DNA of 64,000 bases. Source: Burkholderiales bacterium. Its GTDB lineage: Bacteria > Pseudomonadota > Gammaproteobacteria > Burkholderiales > SG8-39. Below are positions 39,480-49,207 of this stretch, in pieces (position 1 is the stretch's first letter; each line of letters begins with the position of its first letter). Location of the stretch: the NCBI GenBank assembly GCA_035499575.1, contig DATJYN010000115.1, forward strand, positions 16,221 through 80,220, read 5' to 3'. The translations under genes were made by a program, and so were the position numbers. The notes beneath the pieces are model-generated. The model had not been told where the DNA came from and made no database searches. It worked only from the letters and a program-made list of their open reading frames with translations.

Positions 39480-41300
39480 GTGATCAGCGGGCAAGTCGGC
39501 AGGTACGCAGTATCCGGAGAGTTGGGCCGCGGTGGCATGGCGACCGTCTACCGCGGCCTCGACCCTGTCATCAAGCGCGAAGCGGCGCTCAAGGTGATCC
39601 GCAAGGCCGACCTGGACCCTGCCGAAGCGACGCAGATCCTAGACCGCTTCAAGCGCGAAGCGCAGGCCGCCGGCAGCCTGCACCATCCGAACGTGGTCGC
39701 GATCTACGAGTACGGCGAAGACGACGAACGCGCGTGGATCGCCATGGAGCTGGTGCAGGGACGTACGCTGCGCGACCACCTGCTCGCCGGCTGGCGGCCC
39801 GACCTCGCCCGGCTGCCCTCGGTGCTGGAGCAACTGCTCGAGGCGCTCGACTATTCTCACGGCCGCGGCGTCGTACACCGCGACGTGAAGCCCGGTAACG
39901 TGCTGATCAGCGACATGGGCGTCGCCAAGATCAGCGATTTCGGCATTGCGCGCATCGAACTCTCGCACTTGACGCAGGCCGGCGAAATGCTGGGCACGCC
40001 CTTCTACATGGCGCCCGAGCAGTACGAGGGGCGCGACATCGACGAGCGCACCGACATCTACTCCGCGGGCGTGATCGTCTACGAAGTCCTTTGCGGCCGC
40101 CGGCCCTACGACGGCCAAGGCGGCAACCTGATGCGGCAGATCCTGCAGGATCCGCCACCGCCGGTTTCCACCTACGAGCCGCGCCTGCCGGTCACCATCG
40201 ACATGGTGCTGGGAAAAGCGCTCGCGAAGAAACCGGAGAACCGCTACAGGAACGCGCGCGAATTTCTTGATGCCCTGAGAAATGCGTTCCCGGGATCGAT
40301 CCGACCCCAGGCAAGCTTGGCCGGAAATGTCGGGGCGCTACGCAAGGCTCTGGCGTCTTCGGCCGCGGCCGCGCCGCTGCCTCCAAAGCCCGCGATTCGC
40401 CGCCCCGCGGTCCTGTTCGTCGACGACGAGGAAAGAATCGTGAACTCGCTGGAGCACCTGTTCCGCGACAGCTACGAGATCGAAACTGCGGGCGGCGGCA
40501 CGGCGGCGCTGGAGCGCTTGCGCGCCCGGCGTTTCCACGTGCTGGTCAGCGATCAGCGCATGCCTGAGATGCCCGGGGTCGAATTGCTCCGACAGGCGAA
40601 GGACCTTGCGCCCGGAACCGTGCGCCTGCTGCTCACCGGCTATTCTGACCTTGCCGCCATCGTCGGCTCGGTGAACGACGGCGAAGTCTTCCGCTTCGTG
40701 TCCAAGCCCTGGCAAGAGGAAGACCTGCGCGCCACGCTCGCCGAGGCGGTGGATGTTTCGATCGCGCTCGAAGCCGCCGCTGCGTCGCCTGCGCCCGCGC
40801 TGCCGCCGGGTGCCGCGGTGCTGGTGCTGGGCGAATCGTCGATCGCGCGCGCCGCTCGCGAGCTGGCGAAGAATGCCTACAAGGTGCACGAGGCGGCCAA
40901 TATCGACGCGGCGCTGGAAGTGCTCGCGGCCGAGGAGATCGCCACGCTGGTCTGCGACCTGGACATCGGCTCGAGCGGCCCGGCGGCGCTGCTGCGGATC
41001 CTCAAGAAGCAGTCGCCGCAGACCCAGTTGATCGCGGTGTCGGCGGCCTCGGACTCCGAACTGATCATCAGCCTGATCAACGAGGCGCGCATCTACCGCT
41101 TCCTGAAGAAGCCGGTGAATTTCTCGCTGCTGCAGACTGCGCTGAACGCGGCGCTCGGCCGCTACGCGCGCATGGCGAATTCGCCGGCGCTGCTGCGCTC
41201 GGAATCCGCGCGTCGCGGAAAGCAGGGTGATGCGGAGTCGTCGATCCTGGGACGGTTGAAAACGCTCGGCGGCCGCTTCGCCGCCGCCTTCAAGAGCTAG
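39480..41300 (+). CDS. Hanks-type Ser/Thr protein kinase fused to two C-terminal receiver (REC) domains
   Basis: GTG start 3 nt after the HK stop. Kinase motifs GRGGMATVY, ALKVI, HRDVKPGNVL, SDFGIA, YMAPEQ. REC1: VLFVDDEE, VLVSDQRMPEMPG, LLLTGY, FVSKPW. REC2 is divergent: VLVLGES, LVCDLDIG, AVSAAS, FLKKPV. Confidence 0.9.
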   Translation: MISGQVGRYAVSGELGRGGMATVYRGLDPVIKREAALKVIRKADLDPAEATQILDRFKREAQAAGSLHHPNVVAIYEYGEDDERAWIAMELVQGRTLRDHLLAGWRPDLARLPSVLEQLLEALDYSHGRGVVHRDVKPGNVLISDMGVAKISDFGIARIELSHLTQAGEMLGTPFYMAPEQYEGRDIDERTDIYSAGVIVYEVLCGRRPYDGQGGNLMRQILQDPPPPVSTYEPRLPVTIDMVLGKALAKKPENRYRNAREFLDALRNAFPGSIRPQASLAGNVGALRKALASSAAAAPLPPKPAIRRPAVLFVDDEERIVNSLEHLFRDSYEIETAGGGTAALERLRARRFHVLVSDQRMPEMPGVELLRQAKDLAPGTVRLLLTGYSDLAAIVGSVNDGEVFRFVSKPWQEEDLRATLAEAVDVSIALEAAAASPAPALPPGAAVLVLGESSIARAARELAKNAYKVHEAANIDAALEVLAAEEIATLVCDLDIGSSGPAALLRILKKQSPQTQLIAVSAASDSELIISLINEARIYRFLKKPVNFSLLQTALNAALGRYARMANSPALLRSESARRGKQGDAESSILGRLKTLGGRFAAAFKS

Positions 41301-41301
41301 C

Positions 41302-41490
41302 TCAGACCTCGATCATCTCGAAGTCGTCCTTGCGCGCGCCGCATTCGGGGCAAGTCCAGTTCATCGGCACGTCCTCCCAGCGCGTGCCCGGCGCAATGCC
41401 CTCGCCGGGAAGTCCCGCTGCTTCGTCGTAAACCCATCCGCAGATGAGGCACATCCATGTCTTGAATTGCACTTGTTGTTCGGTGGTCAT
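41302..41490 (-). CDS. Rubredoxin
   Basis: 62 aa with the two CxxC knuckles CLICGW and CPECG. Confidence 0.92.
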   Translation of the reverse strand: MTTEQQVQFKTWMCLICGWVYDEAAGLPGEGIAPGTRWEDVPMNWTCPECGARKDDFEMIEV

Positions 41491-41528
41491 TGGTGGCGGG
41501 ACAGTAAAATTGGCACGGATATTAACGC

Positions 41529-42320
41529 ATGTCGTTGACGCCTCCCGCCGTTCTCTCCTTCGCTGCCTCCGATCCGACCGGCGGCGCGGGCCTGCAAGCG
41601 GACCTGCTTACCATCGCGAGCCTCGGCTGTCATCCGTTGTCGGTGCTGACCGCGCTGACCGCGCAGGATACGAGCGGCGTCGACAGCCTGCTGGCCCTCG
41701 AACCGGACTGGATCGCACGCCAGGCTCGCTGCGTGCTGGCAGATATTCCGGTCGCCGCCTTCAAGCTCGGCGTACTCGGTTCGGCGCGCAACGTTGCTGC
41801 GGTTGCTGCGATCCTCGCCGGGCATTCGCGCACTCCGATGGTGCTCGACCCGGTGCTCGCATCCGGCCGCGGGGATCCGCTATCGGATAGCGAAACAGTC
41901 GAGGCGCTGCGCGCCGTGCTTTTTCCCCTCACTACGATCCTGACACCGAACAGTATCGAGGTGCGGCGCCTCGCGCTCGCCGCGCCGGATGCGGCCCTCG
42001 CCGATTGCGCCGGGGAACTTGTCAGGAAGGGATGCAGGCATGTGCTCATTACCGGCACGCACGAGCCCGGCGCCAAAGTCGTCAATACGCTCTACGACGC
42101 GAGCGGCGTAGTGCGCCAGGACCGATGGCCGCGCCTGCCCGGCAGCTTTCACGGCTCGGGCTGCACGCTCGCCTCGGCGCTCGCGGCATTCCTCGCAAAG
42201 GGAATGGCTGTACCCGAAGCAGCCCGGCTGGCGCAGGAATACACGTGGAAAACGCTCGAAAGCGGTTTCGCGCCGGGCCACGGCCAGCGGCTTCCCGACC
42301 GTTTCTTCAAAACGCGATGA
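41529..42320 (+). CDS. thiD: Hydroxymethylpyrimidine/phosphomethylpyrimidine kinase
   Basis: 263 aa with SDPTGGAGLQADL and the C-terminal GSGCTLASA motif. Confidence 0.92.
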   Translation: MSLTPPAVLSFAASDPTGGAGLQADLLTIASLGCHPLSVLTALTAQDTSGVDSLLALEPDWIARQARCVLADIPVAAFKLGVLGSARNVAAVAAILAGHSRTPMVLDPVLASGRGDPLSDSETVEALRAVLFPLTTILTPNSIEVRRLALAAPDAALADCAGELVRKGCRHVLITGTHEPGAKVVNTLYDASGVVRQDRWPRLPGSFHGSGCTLASALAAFLAKGMAVPEAARLAQEYTWKTLESGFAPGHGQRLPDRFFKTR

Positions 42321-42919
42321 AGCTGCGGGGGCTCTACGCGATTGCGCCCGAATCGGGCGATAGCGAAGTGCTGCTCAGGCAAGTGGCGCAGGCCCTCGAG
42401 GGCGGCATCGCTTGCTTCCAGTACCGGCGCAAGGCCCGCCAGAACGCACGCGAAGCCCTCGCCCTCGCGGCCCTCTGCCGTGCGAGCGGCGTGCCTTTCA
42501 TCGTCAACGACGATGTCGACATCGCGCTTACAGCCGGCGCCGACGGCGTTCATCTCGGGCGCGATGATGGCGATGTCGCGACCGCACGATTGAAGCTGAA
42601 AGAAAAGTTGCTCGGAGTTTCCTGCTACGACTCGCTTGCCGCGGCGCGCAGGGCGGTGGAGGCGGGAGCCGACTACATTGCGTTCGGGAGCATGTTTGCC
42701 TCGCCGACCAAGCCGGGCGCAGTCCGCGCCCCGCTTTCGCTGTTTTCGGAAGCGCGCGCGCTCGGGGTGCCGCTGGTGGCGATCGGCGGCATAACCCTGG
42801 AAAACGCGCCGCAAGTGCTCGCGGCTGGAGCGGATGCCCTGGCCGTGATCTCGGACCTGTTCGACGCCGCGGACATCGCCGGCCGCGCGCGCGCTTACGG
42901 TAAGCTGTTTCAATCATGA
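42317..42919 (+). CDS. thiE: Thiamine-phosphate synthase
   Basis: ATG at 42317 ([11 protein letters not shown]) overlaps the thi[18 protein letters not shown] and VAIGGI motifs. The track ORF 42005-42919 is the same frame with a spurious extension. Confidence 0.9.
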   Translation: MKLRGLYAIAPESGDSEVLLRQVAQALEGGIACFQYRRKARQNAREALALAALCRASGVPFIVNDDVDIALTAGADGVHLGRDDGDVATARLKLKEKLLGVSCYDSLAAARRAVEAGADYIAFGSMFASPTKPGAVRAPLSLFSEARALGVPLVAIGGITLENAPQVLAAGADALAVISDLFDAADIAGRARAYGKLFQS

Positions 42920-44193
42920 CGACACGCAATCAATCGCTGTTCGAGCGAGCGCGGCTGCGCATTCCCGCGGGCGTGAACTCGCCGGTGCGCGCCTTCGGCG
43001 CGGTCGGCGGCACCCCGCCGTTCTTCGAGCGCGCCTCCGGCCCGTACCTGTGGGATGCCGACGGCAAGCGCTACATCGACTACCTCGGCTCCTGGGGACC
43101 GATGGTGGCCGGGCACACGCACCCCGCAGTAGTGGAGGCGGTACAGGCGGCCGCGTCGCGGGCGCTGTCCTTCGGCGCGCCCACCGAGGCCGAAATCGAA
43201 CTCGCCGAGAAGATCTGCCAGCTGGTCCCTTCCATGGAAATGCTGCGCCTCGTGTCTTCCGGCACCGAGGCGACGATGACCGCGATCCGCCTCGCGCGCG
43301 GCCACACCGGACGAAACCTGGTCGTCAAGTTCGAGGGCTGCTATCACGGCCACGCCGACAGCCTGCTGGTTAAGGCGGGTTCCGGCGCCCTCACTTTCGG
43401 CAATCCCAGCTCGGCAGGCGTGCCGCCAGAAACCGCCGCGCACACATTGGTATTGGACTTCAATAATTCGGAACAAATAGAAAAAACCTTCAGTGCCCGT
43501 GGGTCGGACATAGCCTGCGTGATCGTCGAGCCGGTCGCCGGCAACATGAATCTCGTACTGCCCAAGCCGGGCTTCCTGGAAACGCTGCGAAAAAACTGCA
43601 CTCAGCACGGCGCCGTGCTGATCCTAGACGAAGTGATGACCGGATTCCGCGTCGCGCTCGGCGGCGCGCAGGCGCGCTACGGCATCGCGCCGGACCTCAC
43701 GACGCTCGGCAAGGTCATCGGCGGCGGCCTGCCGGTGGGCGCCGTCGGCGGCAAGCGCGACATCATGCAGAAAATCGCGCCGCTCGGACCCGTTTACCAG
43801 GCTGGCACGCTGTCGGGCAATCCGGTCGCCGTCGCCGCCGGCCTGGCGACGTTGAAGCTGGTGGAGGAAAAAGATTTCCAGCGAAAAGTCGAAGCAACGA
43901 CGAAATCGCTGGTCGACGGCTTGGTCGCCGAAGCCGGGAAAGCCGATGTCGTTTTCTCGGCGCAATCCGTCGGCAGCATGTTCGGCCTTTATTTCCGCGC
44001 GGTTCCGCCAACGAGTTTTGCGGAAGTCATGCAATGCGACAAGGAACGCTTCAATAAATTCTTCCACGCCATGCTGGCGCGCGGCATCTACCTCGCGCCC
44101 TCCGCCTACGAGGCCGGATTCGTTTCAGCGGCGCACGGCGCCACCGAGATCGACGCCACGCTCGCAGCCGCACGCGAGGCATTCAAGCGGTGA
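42916..44193 (+). CDS. hemL: Glutamate-1-semialdehyde 2,1-aminomutase
   Basis: 425 aa with [12 protein letters not shown] and the PLP-lysine context [14 protein letters not shown] overlap with thiE. Confidence 0.96.
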   Translation: MTTRNQSLFERARLRIPAGVNSPVRAFGAVGGTPPFFERASGPYLWDADGKRYIDYLGSWGPMVAGHTHPAVVEAVQAAASRALSFGAPTEAEIELAEKICQLVPSMEMLRLVSSGTEATMTAIRLARGHTGRNLVVKFEGCYHGHADSLLVKAGSGALTFGNPSSAGVPPETAAHTLVLDFNNSEQIEKTFSARGSDIACVIVEPVAGNMNLVLPKPGFLETLRKNCTQHGAVLILDEVMTGFRVALGGAQARYGIAPDLTTLGKVIGGGLPVGAVGGKRDIMQKIAPLGPVYQAGTLSGNPVAVAAGLATLKLVEEKDFQRKVEATTKSLVDGLVAEAGKADVVFSAQSVGSMFGLYFRAVPPTSFAEVMQCDKERFNKFFHAMLARGIYLAPSAYEAGFVSAAHGATEIDATLAAAREAFKR

Positions 44194-46295
44194 CGCGACC
44201 CGCCGAAGACGCCGCCTCCCTAAACCTCCTCGGCAACGAGCGCAGGAAAGCGGGCAACTTCGAGGATGCGGCGGCGAGCTACCGGCGGGCGCTCGAAGTG
44301 CAACCCGATTACACCAACGCCCTCTACAACCTCGGGCTGGTCCTCCTCGACCTGAAGCGTCCGCAGGAAGCGGAGCGGCACTTCCGCCGGCTGCGCGAAA
44401 TCGAACCGCGCGACGCGGAGGCGATTTTCCAGCTCGCGCTGCTCGCCGCCGACCGCTCGCAACCTGCCGAAGCAGCGCAGCTGTACCGCGACGCGCTGAA
44501 GCTGGCTCCGGACAATCCGGGAATCTGGCTCGGTCTGGCATTCGTTTGCAGTGGCCTGCCGGGACAGCAGGAAGAAGCAGTACGCTGCCTGCGCCAGTGC
44601 TTGCAACTCGACCCCGAATCGGCAGAGGCGCACGGCGCACTCGGCGGCCTGCTGCTGGCGGAAGGCCGGCTTGAGGAGGCGATCGCGCACTACCGGGCCG
44701 GTATCCGTTCGGAGCCTGGTAACGCGATGCTTCATTGCCAGCTCGGCAACGCCATGATGAGCAGCGGCCGGCCGGCCGACGCGGTCAGTTGGTATGAAAA
44801 GACCCTGCAGCTCGACCCGGGACTCGCTCTCGCGCATCTCAACCTCGGGTCCGTGCACGGGTTGCTGCGCGCGCATGACCGCGCGATCGCCTGCTACGAA
44901 GCAGCCCTGCGCATCCAGCCGGACAACGCGGCTGCCCGGGGCAACCTGCTCTACGAGAAGCAGCGCATTTGCGACTGGTCGCGATTCGAGGAGTTGTGCG
45001 CCCGCCAGCGCCTCGATTCGCAGCGAGAAACCGAACAGGAAGTACTGCCCTTCAACCTGCTTTCCATTCCATCCACTGCGGCGGAACAGCTGCAATGCGC
45101 CAAACAATATGGAACGCGGCAGGCGCGGGCCGTTGCCCGCGACCGCGAGCGGCTGGCTTTCCGCCATGAGCGCCGGCTGCCCGGCGGGCGGCTCAGGATC
45201 GGCTACCTGTCCGCGGACCTGCGCGAACATCCGGTGGCGAGCCTGGTCGCGGAAATGTTCGAGCTGCACGACCGCAGCCGCTTCGAGGTCCTCGCCTATT
45301 CCTACGGACCGAACGACAAGAGCCCCATGCGGCGGCGGCTGGAGCAGGCATTCGACCGCTTCGCGAACATCGCCCCGCTATCTCACGCCGATGCCGCCAC
45401 GCGCATCCATGCCGACGGCGTCAACATCCTCGTCGACCTCACGGGTTACACCACGTTCGGGCGACCGGAAATCGCTTCCCTGCGTCCAGCGCCGGTGCAG
45501 GTCAGCTACATGTTTCCCGGAACGCTGGGCACCGGTTTCTACGATTACATCCTGACCGACCGCTACGTCACTCCGCCCGGCGGCGAAGCGTATTTGAGTG
45601 AAAAACCTGTCTACATGCCGGGCACCTACATGGCGAACGACCGCAAGCGGACCGTAGGCGCAACGCCATCGCGCGGCGAACTGGGATTGCCGGAGCGATC
45701 CTTCGTCTTCTGCTGCTTCAACCATACCTACAAGATCCTGCCAGGCATGTTTGCCGCCTGGGTGCGCCTGCTGCAGGCTGCGCCTGACAGCGTGCTGTGG
45801 TTGCTCAAGAGCAATCCCTGGGCGGAACAGAATCTGCTGCGCGAGGCGCAGCGCTACGGCGTGGCGGCCGGTCGGCTGATATTCGCGCCGCTCCTGCCGC
45901 AGGCGCAGCACCTTGGCCGCCTGCGCGCGGCTGACCTGTTCCTCGATACCCAACCGTACAACGCCCATACCACCGCGAGCGACGCACTCTGGGCCGGGCT
46001 GCCAGTGGTGACCTGTTCGGGTGATACCTTTGCTTCGCGCGTCGCCGGCAGCCTGCTGACCGCCATCGGCCTGCCGGAACTTGCGACGCACTCGATGGAA
46101 GCCTACGAGGCCCTGGCCCTGCGCCTCGCACGCAACCCCGCGGAACTGTCGGCCCTGCGCGGCAAGCTGTCTCGCAACCGGGACAGCACGCCGCTTTTCG
46201 ACACGCCCGCCTTCACCAGCCATCTCGAAACAGCCTACCTGCAGATGTGGGAAAACCATCTGGCGGGCAACCTGCCCCGGGCCATCACGCCGTAG
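44190..46295 (+). CDS. TPR-repeat protein with GT41 O-GlcNAc-transferase-like catalytic domain (SPINDLY/OGT family)
   Basis: 701 aa. The GTG overlaps the hemL TGA. The N-terminal approximately 280 aa are TPRs. The C-terminus aligns by eye with human OGT as I recall it: [12 protein letters not shown] vs FNQLYKIDP; [23 protein letters not shown] vs [23 protein letters not shown]; [10 protein letters not shown] vs LASRVAASQL; [12 protein letters not shown] vs YLQMWEHYAAGN. Confidence 0.88.
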   Translation: MTRPAEDAASLNLLGNERRKAGNFEDAAASYRRALEVQPDYTNALYNLGLVLLDLKRPQEAERHFRRLREIEPRDAEAIFQLALLAADRSQPAEAAQLYRDALKLAPDNPGIWLGLAFVCSGLPGQQEEAVRCLRQCLQLDPESAEAHGALGGLLLAEGRLEEAIAHYRAGIRSEPGNAMLHCQLGNAMMSSGRPADAVSWYEKTLQLDPGLALAHLNLGSVHGLLRAHDRAIACYEAALRIQPDNAAARGNLLYEKQRICDWSRFEELCARQRLDSQRETEQEVLPFNLLSIPSTAAEQLQCAKQYGTRQARAVARDRERLAFRHERRLPGGRLRIGYLSADLREHPVASLVAEMFELHDRSRFEVLAYSYGPNDKSPMRRRLEQAFDRFANIAPLSHADAATRIHADGVNILVDLTGYTTFGRPEIASLRPAPVQVSYMFPGTLGTGFYDYILTDRYVTPPGGEAYLSEKPVYMPGTYMANDRKRTVGATPSRGELGLPERSFVFCCFNHTYKILPGMFAAWVRLLQAAPDSVLWLLKSNPWAEQNLLREAQRYGVAAGRLIFAPLLPQAQHLGRLRAADLFLDTQPYNAHTTASDALWAGLPVVTCSGDTFASRVAGSLLTAIGLPELATHSMEAYEALALRLARNPAELSALRGKLSRNRDSTPLFDTPAFTSHLETAYLQMWENHLAGNLPRAITP

Positions 46296-46302
46296 CTTCC
46301 GT

Positions 46303-47676
46303 TCAAACCAGGAACAGCGTTGCGAGTCCCAGGAAAATGAAGAATCCTCCCGAGTCGGTGCAGGCGGTGATCAGCACGGAAGAACCCACGGCCGGATCCT
46401 GGCCGAGCCGCGAGCGCAGGTAGGGAATTGCGACGCCCATGGCGGCGGCGAGCAGCAGGTTGAGCAGCATCGCCAGCGCCATCACGCCGGCAAGCGCGAC
46501 GTTGCCGTACAGCAGATAGGTCACCACGCCGAGCAGCCCCCCCCAGAGCACGCCGTTCAGCGTCGCCACGCTGAGTTCCTTGACGATCAGCTGGCGCCAG
46601 TAGGCCTGCTGGATCTGCCCGAGCGCCAGCGCGCGCACGATCATGGTGATGGTCTGGTTACCCGAATTGCCGCCGATGCCCGCGACGATCGGCATCAGCG
46701 CGGCAAGCGCCACCAGTCTGGCGATCGAGCCCTCAAAAGCGCCGATCACGCGTGAAGCGATGAACGCCGTCACCAGGTTGATCGCCAGCCAGGCCCAGCG
46801 GTTCTTGAAGCTGTTCCAAACCGGCGCGAATACATCCTCTTCCTTCGACAGCCCGGCTTCCGCCAGCTGCGTCTCGGCACTCTTTTCGCGGATGTGGTCC
46901 ACCACGTCGTTGACCGTGACCCTTCCCACCAGGCTGCCTGAGATGAGGTCGACTACTGGCGCGGACACGAGATCGTAGCGTTCGAAGGCCTGCGCGGCGT
47001 CTTCCGCGCGGTCTTCGGGCCGCAGCTTGACGCTCTCGGGCACCATTACCTCGCCCACCTGGCGGTGCAGGTCGGTGACGATCAGGCGCGCCAGGGGCAG
47101 CGTGCCGCGCAGCTTGCCGCCGCGATCGACCACGAACAGCTGGTCGGTGTGCGGCGGCAGTTCGTCCAGCGCGCGCAGGTAGCGCGTCGCCGCTTCCAGC
47201 GTCACATCGTCGCGCACCGCAACCTGGTCGAAATCCATCAGCGCGCCCACCGTGCCTTCTTCGTAGGACAGCGCGGCGCGCAGCAGGGCGCGTTCTTCCT
47301 GCGGCAGCGCGCGTATGACGTCCTGCACCACTTCCGCAGGCAGGTCCGGCGCGAGGTCGGCGATCTCGTCGGCTTCCAGGGTCTCGGCGGCTGCGACCAG
47401 CTCCTCCGAATCCATTGTCGCGATCAGCGACTCGCGCACCGCCTCGGAGAGCTCCAGCAGGATCTCGCCCTCGCGCTCGACCTTCACCAGCTCCCAGATC
47501 ACCGACCGCTCTTCGAGCGGTAGCGCTTCCAGGATGTAGGCCACGTCAGCGGGATGCAGCGGGTCGAGTTCGCTTCGCAGTGCCGCCGGATCGCGAGCCT
47601 GGGCGAAGTTCTCCCGAACTCTCCGCAGGTTCTGCTGCAGGTCCTCGACTTCGAGGCGCGACGATTGATCGGTCAT
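46303..47676 (-). CDS. mgtE: Magnesium transporter MgtE
   Basis: 457 aa: MgtE N-domain, tandem CBS and a C-terminal 5-TM domain (GNSGNQT, ACTDSGGF). Confidence 0.93.
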   Translation of the reverse strand: MTDQSSRLEVEDLQQNLRRVRENFAQARDPAALRSELDPLHPADVAYILEALPLEERSVIWELVKVEREGEILLELSEAVRESLIATMDSEELVAAAETLEADEIADLAPDLPAEVVQDVIRALPQEERALLRAALSYEEGTVGALMDFDQVAVRDDVTLEAATRYLRALDELPPHTDQLFVVDRGGKLRGTLPLARLIVTDLHRQVGEVMVPESVKLRPEDRAEDAAQAFERYDLVSAPVVDLISGSLVGRVTVNDVVDHIREKSAETQLAEAGLSKEEDVFAPVWNSFKNRWAWLAINLVTAFIASRVIGAFEGSIARLVALAALMPIVAGIGGNSGNQTITMIVRALALGQIQQAYWRQLIVKELSVATLNGVLWGGLLGVVTYLLYGNVALAGVMALAMLLNLLLAAAMGVAIPYLRSRLGQDPAVGSSVLITACTDSGGFFIFLGLATLFLV

Positions 47677-48398
47677 GGAATCTGCGCGGCGGGCATGCGC
47701 GCGAGGATAGTCTCGATTCGGCCGGCGACATATGGCGTGATGCTATTGCGTCCGTACCGTCGCGGACTGGGCAGGATCACCGCGAGGAAGGCCGCCTGCT
47801 GGGCGCTGAGCTCGGCCGCGCTGGTGCCAAAGTGATAGCGGGCCGCGGCCTCTGCGCCGAACACGCCCTCGCCCCACTCCGCAAAGTTCAGGTACAGCTC
47901 CAGGATGCGCCGCTTGCTCAGCACGGTTTCCAGCATCCAGGTAATCACGGCCTCCTCGCCCTTGCGCAACCAGGAGCGTTCGCCGGAAAGGAACAGGTTC
48001 TTCGCCAGCTGCTGGCTGATGGTCGAGGCGCCGGAGACCACCCTGCCTTTGCGCTCGTTCTTTTCCATCGCCTTCGAGATCGCTTCCCAGTCGAAGCCCT
48101 CATGATCGAGGAACTTGGCGTCCTCCGATGCCACGACAGCGCGCTTCAGTTGCGCCGAGATGCGCTCGTAGGGCACCCATTGGTGGGCGAGCCTGGCTTT
48201 CGGATCCTTGGTGCGCAGTTCCTCGATGCGCCGCTCCATGAAGGCGCTGGTCCCGGGCTGGAAGCTGCGCCACCAGAGTACGTGTGCGAAGTACCAGCAC
48301 TGCACCGCGACCGCGGCCACCGCCAGTGCGCCCAGGGAATAGCAGAACGCCTTCCAGCCGATGCGCATCGCGCGCAGCACGCCGCCGGCCTTCGCCAT
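47673..48398 (-). CDS. mtgA: Monofunctional peptidoglycan glycosyltransferase
   Basis: 241 aa with the GT51 motifs EDAKFLDHEGFDW and GASTISQQLAKN. Confidence 0.92.
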   Translation of the reverse strand: MAKAGGVLRAMRIGWKAFCYSLGALAVAAVAVQCWYFAHVLWWRSFQPGTSAFMERRIEELRTKDPKARLAHQWVPYERISAQLKRAVVASEDAKFLDHEGFDWEAISKAMEKNERKGRVVSGASTISQQLAKNLFLSGERSWLRKGEEAVITWMLETVLSKRRILELYLNFAEWGEGVFGAEAAARYHFGTSAAELSAQQAAFLAVILPSPRRYGRNSITPYVAGRIETILARMPAAQIP

Positions 48399-48400
48399 GC

Positions 48401-49204
48401 TCAGCCCCGGCGCAGCGCGGCGAGCACCGGCGCGGTGTCCGGCCGCAGCCCGCGCCAGAGGAGGAAGGATTCGGCGGCCTGCTCGACCAGCATTCCGCTG
48501 CCGTCGTGCGCGGCCGCGCCGGCGGCGCGCGCCAGCGCGAGGAACGGCGTGTCGCGGCCGTAGACCATGTCGTAGCCGAGCGCGCCGGGCGCGAACGCGG
48601 CCGCAGCCACCGGCGGCGCCTCGCCGGCCAGGCCGGCCGAGGTCGCGTTGATCAGCAGATCGAACCGCTCGCCGCGGAATTCATCGTAGCCGCCGCCTGC
48701 AGCAGCGCCGTAGCGCCGCGCCAGGGCACGCGCCTTGTGCGCGCTGCGGTTGGCCACCACCAGGCGGCGCGGTCCTGCCGCCAGCAATGGAGCGAGCACG
48801 CCTTGCGCCGCGCCGCCCGCGCCCATCAGCAGGACGCGCCGGCCGGCTAGCGTACAGCCGAGATTTACGGACAGGTCTCGCAGCAGGCCCACGCCGTCGG
48901 TGTTGTCGCCTCGCGCCGAGCGGCCTTCAAAGATCAGGGTATTCACCACCCCGGCCGCGCGCGCGCGGTCGCTGACCGCGTCCCGGCAGTAGAGGAACGC
49001 CTGCTCCTTGAAAGGCAGCGTGACGTTCGCCCCGCGCCCGCCCGCGGCGCGGAAGCCGTCCACCGTCCGTTCGAATCCCTCCAGCGGGGACTCGAGGCGC
49101 TCGTAGCTTAGGTTCTGGCGCGTCTGGCGCGCAAATTCGGCGTGGATCCAGGGCGACTTCGAATGCGCCACCGGGTGGCCGATCACCGCATACCGGTCGG
49201 CCAC
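48401..49204 (-). CDS. aroE: Shikimate dehydrogenase
   Basis: 267 aa with HSKSPWIH, NVTLPFK and the NADP fold GAGGAAQGV. Confidence 0.92.
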   Translation of the reverse strand: MADRYAVIGHPVAHSKSPWIHAEFARQTRQNLSYERLESPLEGFERTVDGFRAAGGRGANVTLPFKEQAFLYCRDAVSDRARAAGVVNTLIFEGRSARGDNTDGVGLLRDLSVNLGCTLAGRRVLLMGAGGAAQGVLAPLLAAGPRRLVVANRSAHKARALARRYGAAAGGGYDEFRGERFDLLINATSAGLAGEAPPVAAAAFAPGALGYDMVYGRDTPFLALARAAGAAAHDGSGMLVEQAAESFLLWRGLRPDTAPVLAALRRG

Positions 49205-49207
49205 CGC

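Noticed and set aside
41511-41526. TGGCAC hexamer upstream of thiD that looked like a sigma-54 -24 element
   Set aside because: The -12 position reads TTAA instead of TTGC, so the near-invariant GC is missing. The element is also only about 3 nt from the thiD ATG, leaving no room for a transcript start.
41491-41528. Expected TPP (THI-box) riboswitch upstream of thiD-thiE
   Set aside because: The intergenic region is only 38 nt, too short for the roughly 100-nt aptamer. I saw no CUGAGA-type THI-box core.
43440-43510. Very AT-rich 60-70 nt stretch inside hemL (hand count 23/60 G+C for 43441-43500)
   Set aside because: It is explained by the encoded peptide ([13 protein letters not shown]), which is rich in Asn/Lys/Ile/Phe whose codons are intrinsically AT-rich. 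It is short and does not show a sustained synonymous-codon shift.
44220-45269. 349-aa minus-strand ORF inside the TPR/OGT gene
   Set aside because: This is an antisense artefact. The plus-strand frame carries regular TPR repeats continuous with the GT41 domain.
47640-47760. Expected Mg2+ riboswitch (M-box) leader for mgtE
   Set aside because: The mgtE start overlaps the mtgA stop (47673-47676), so there is no leader region.
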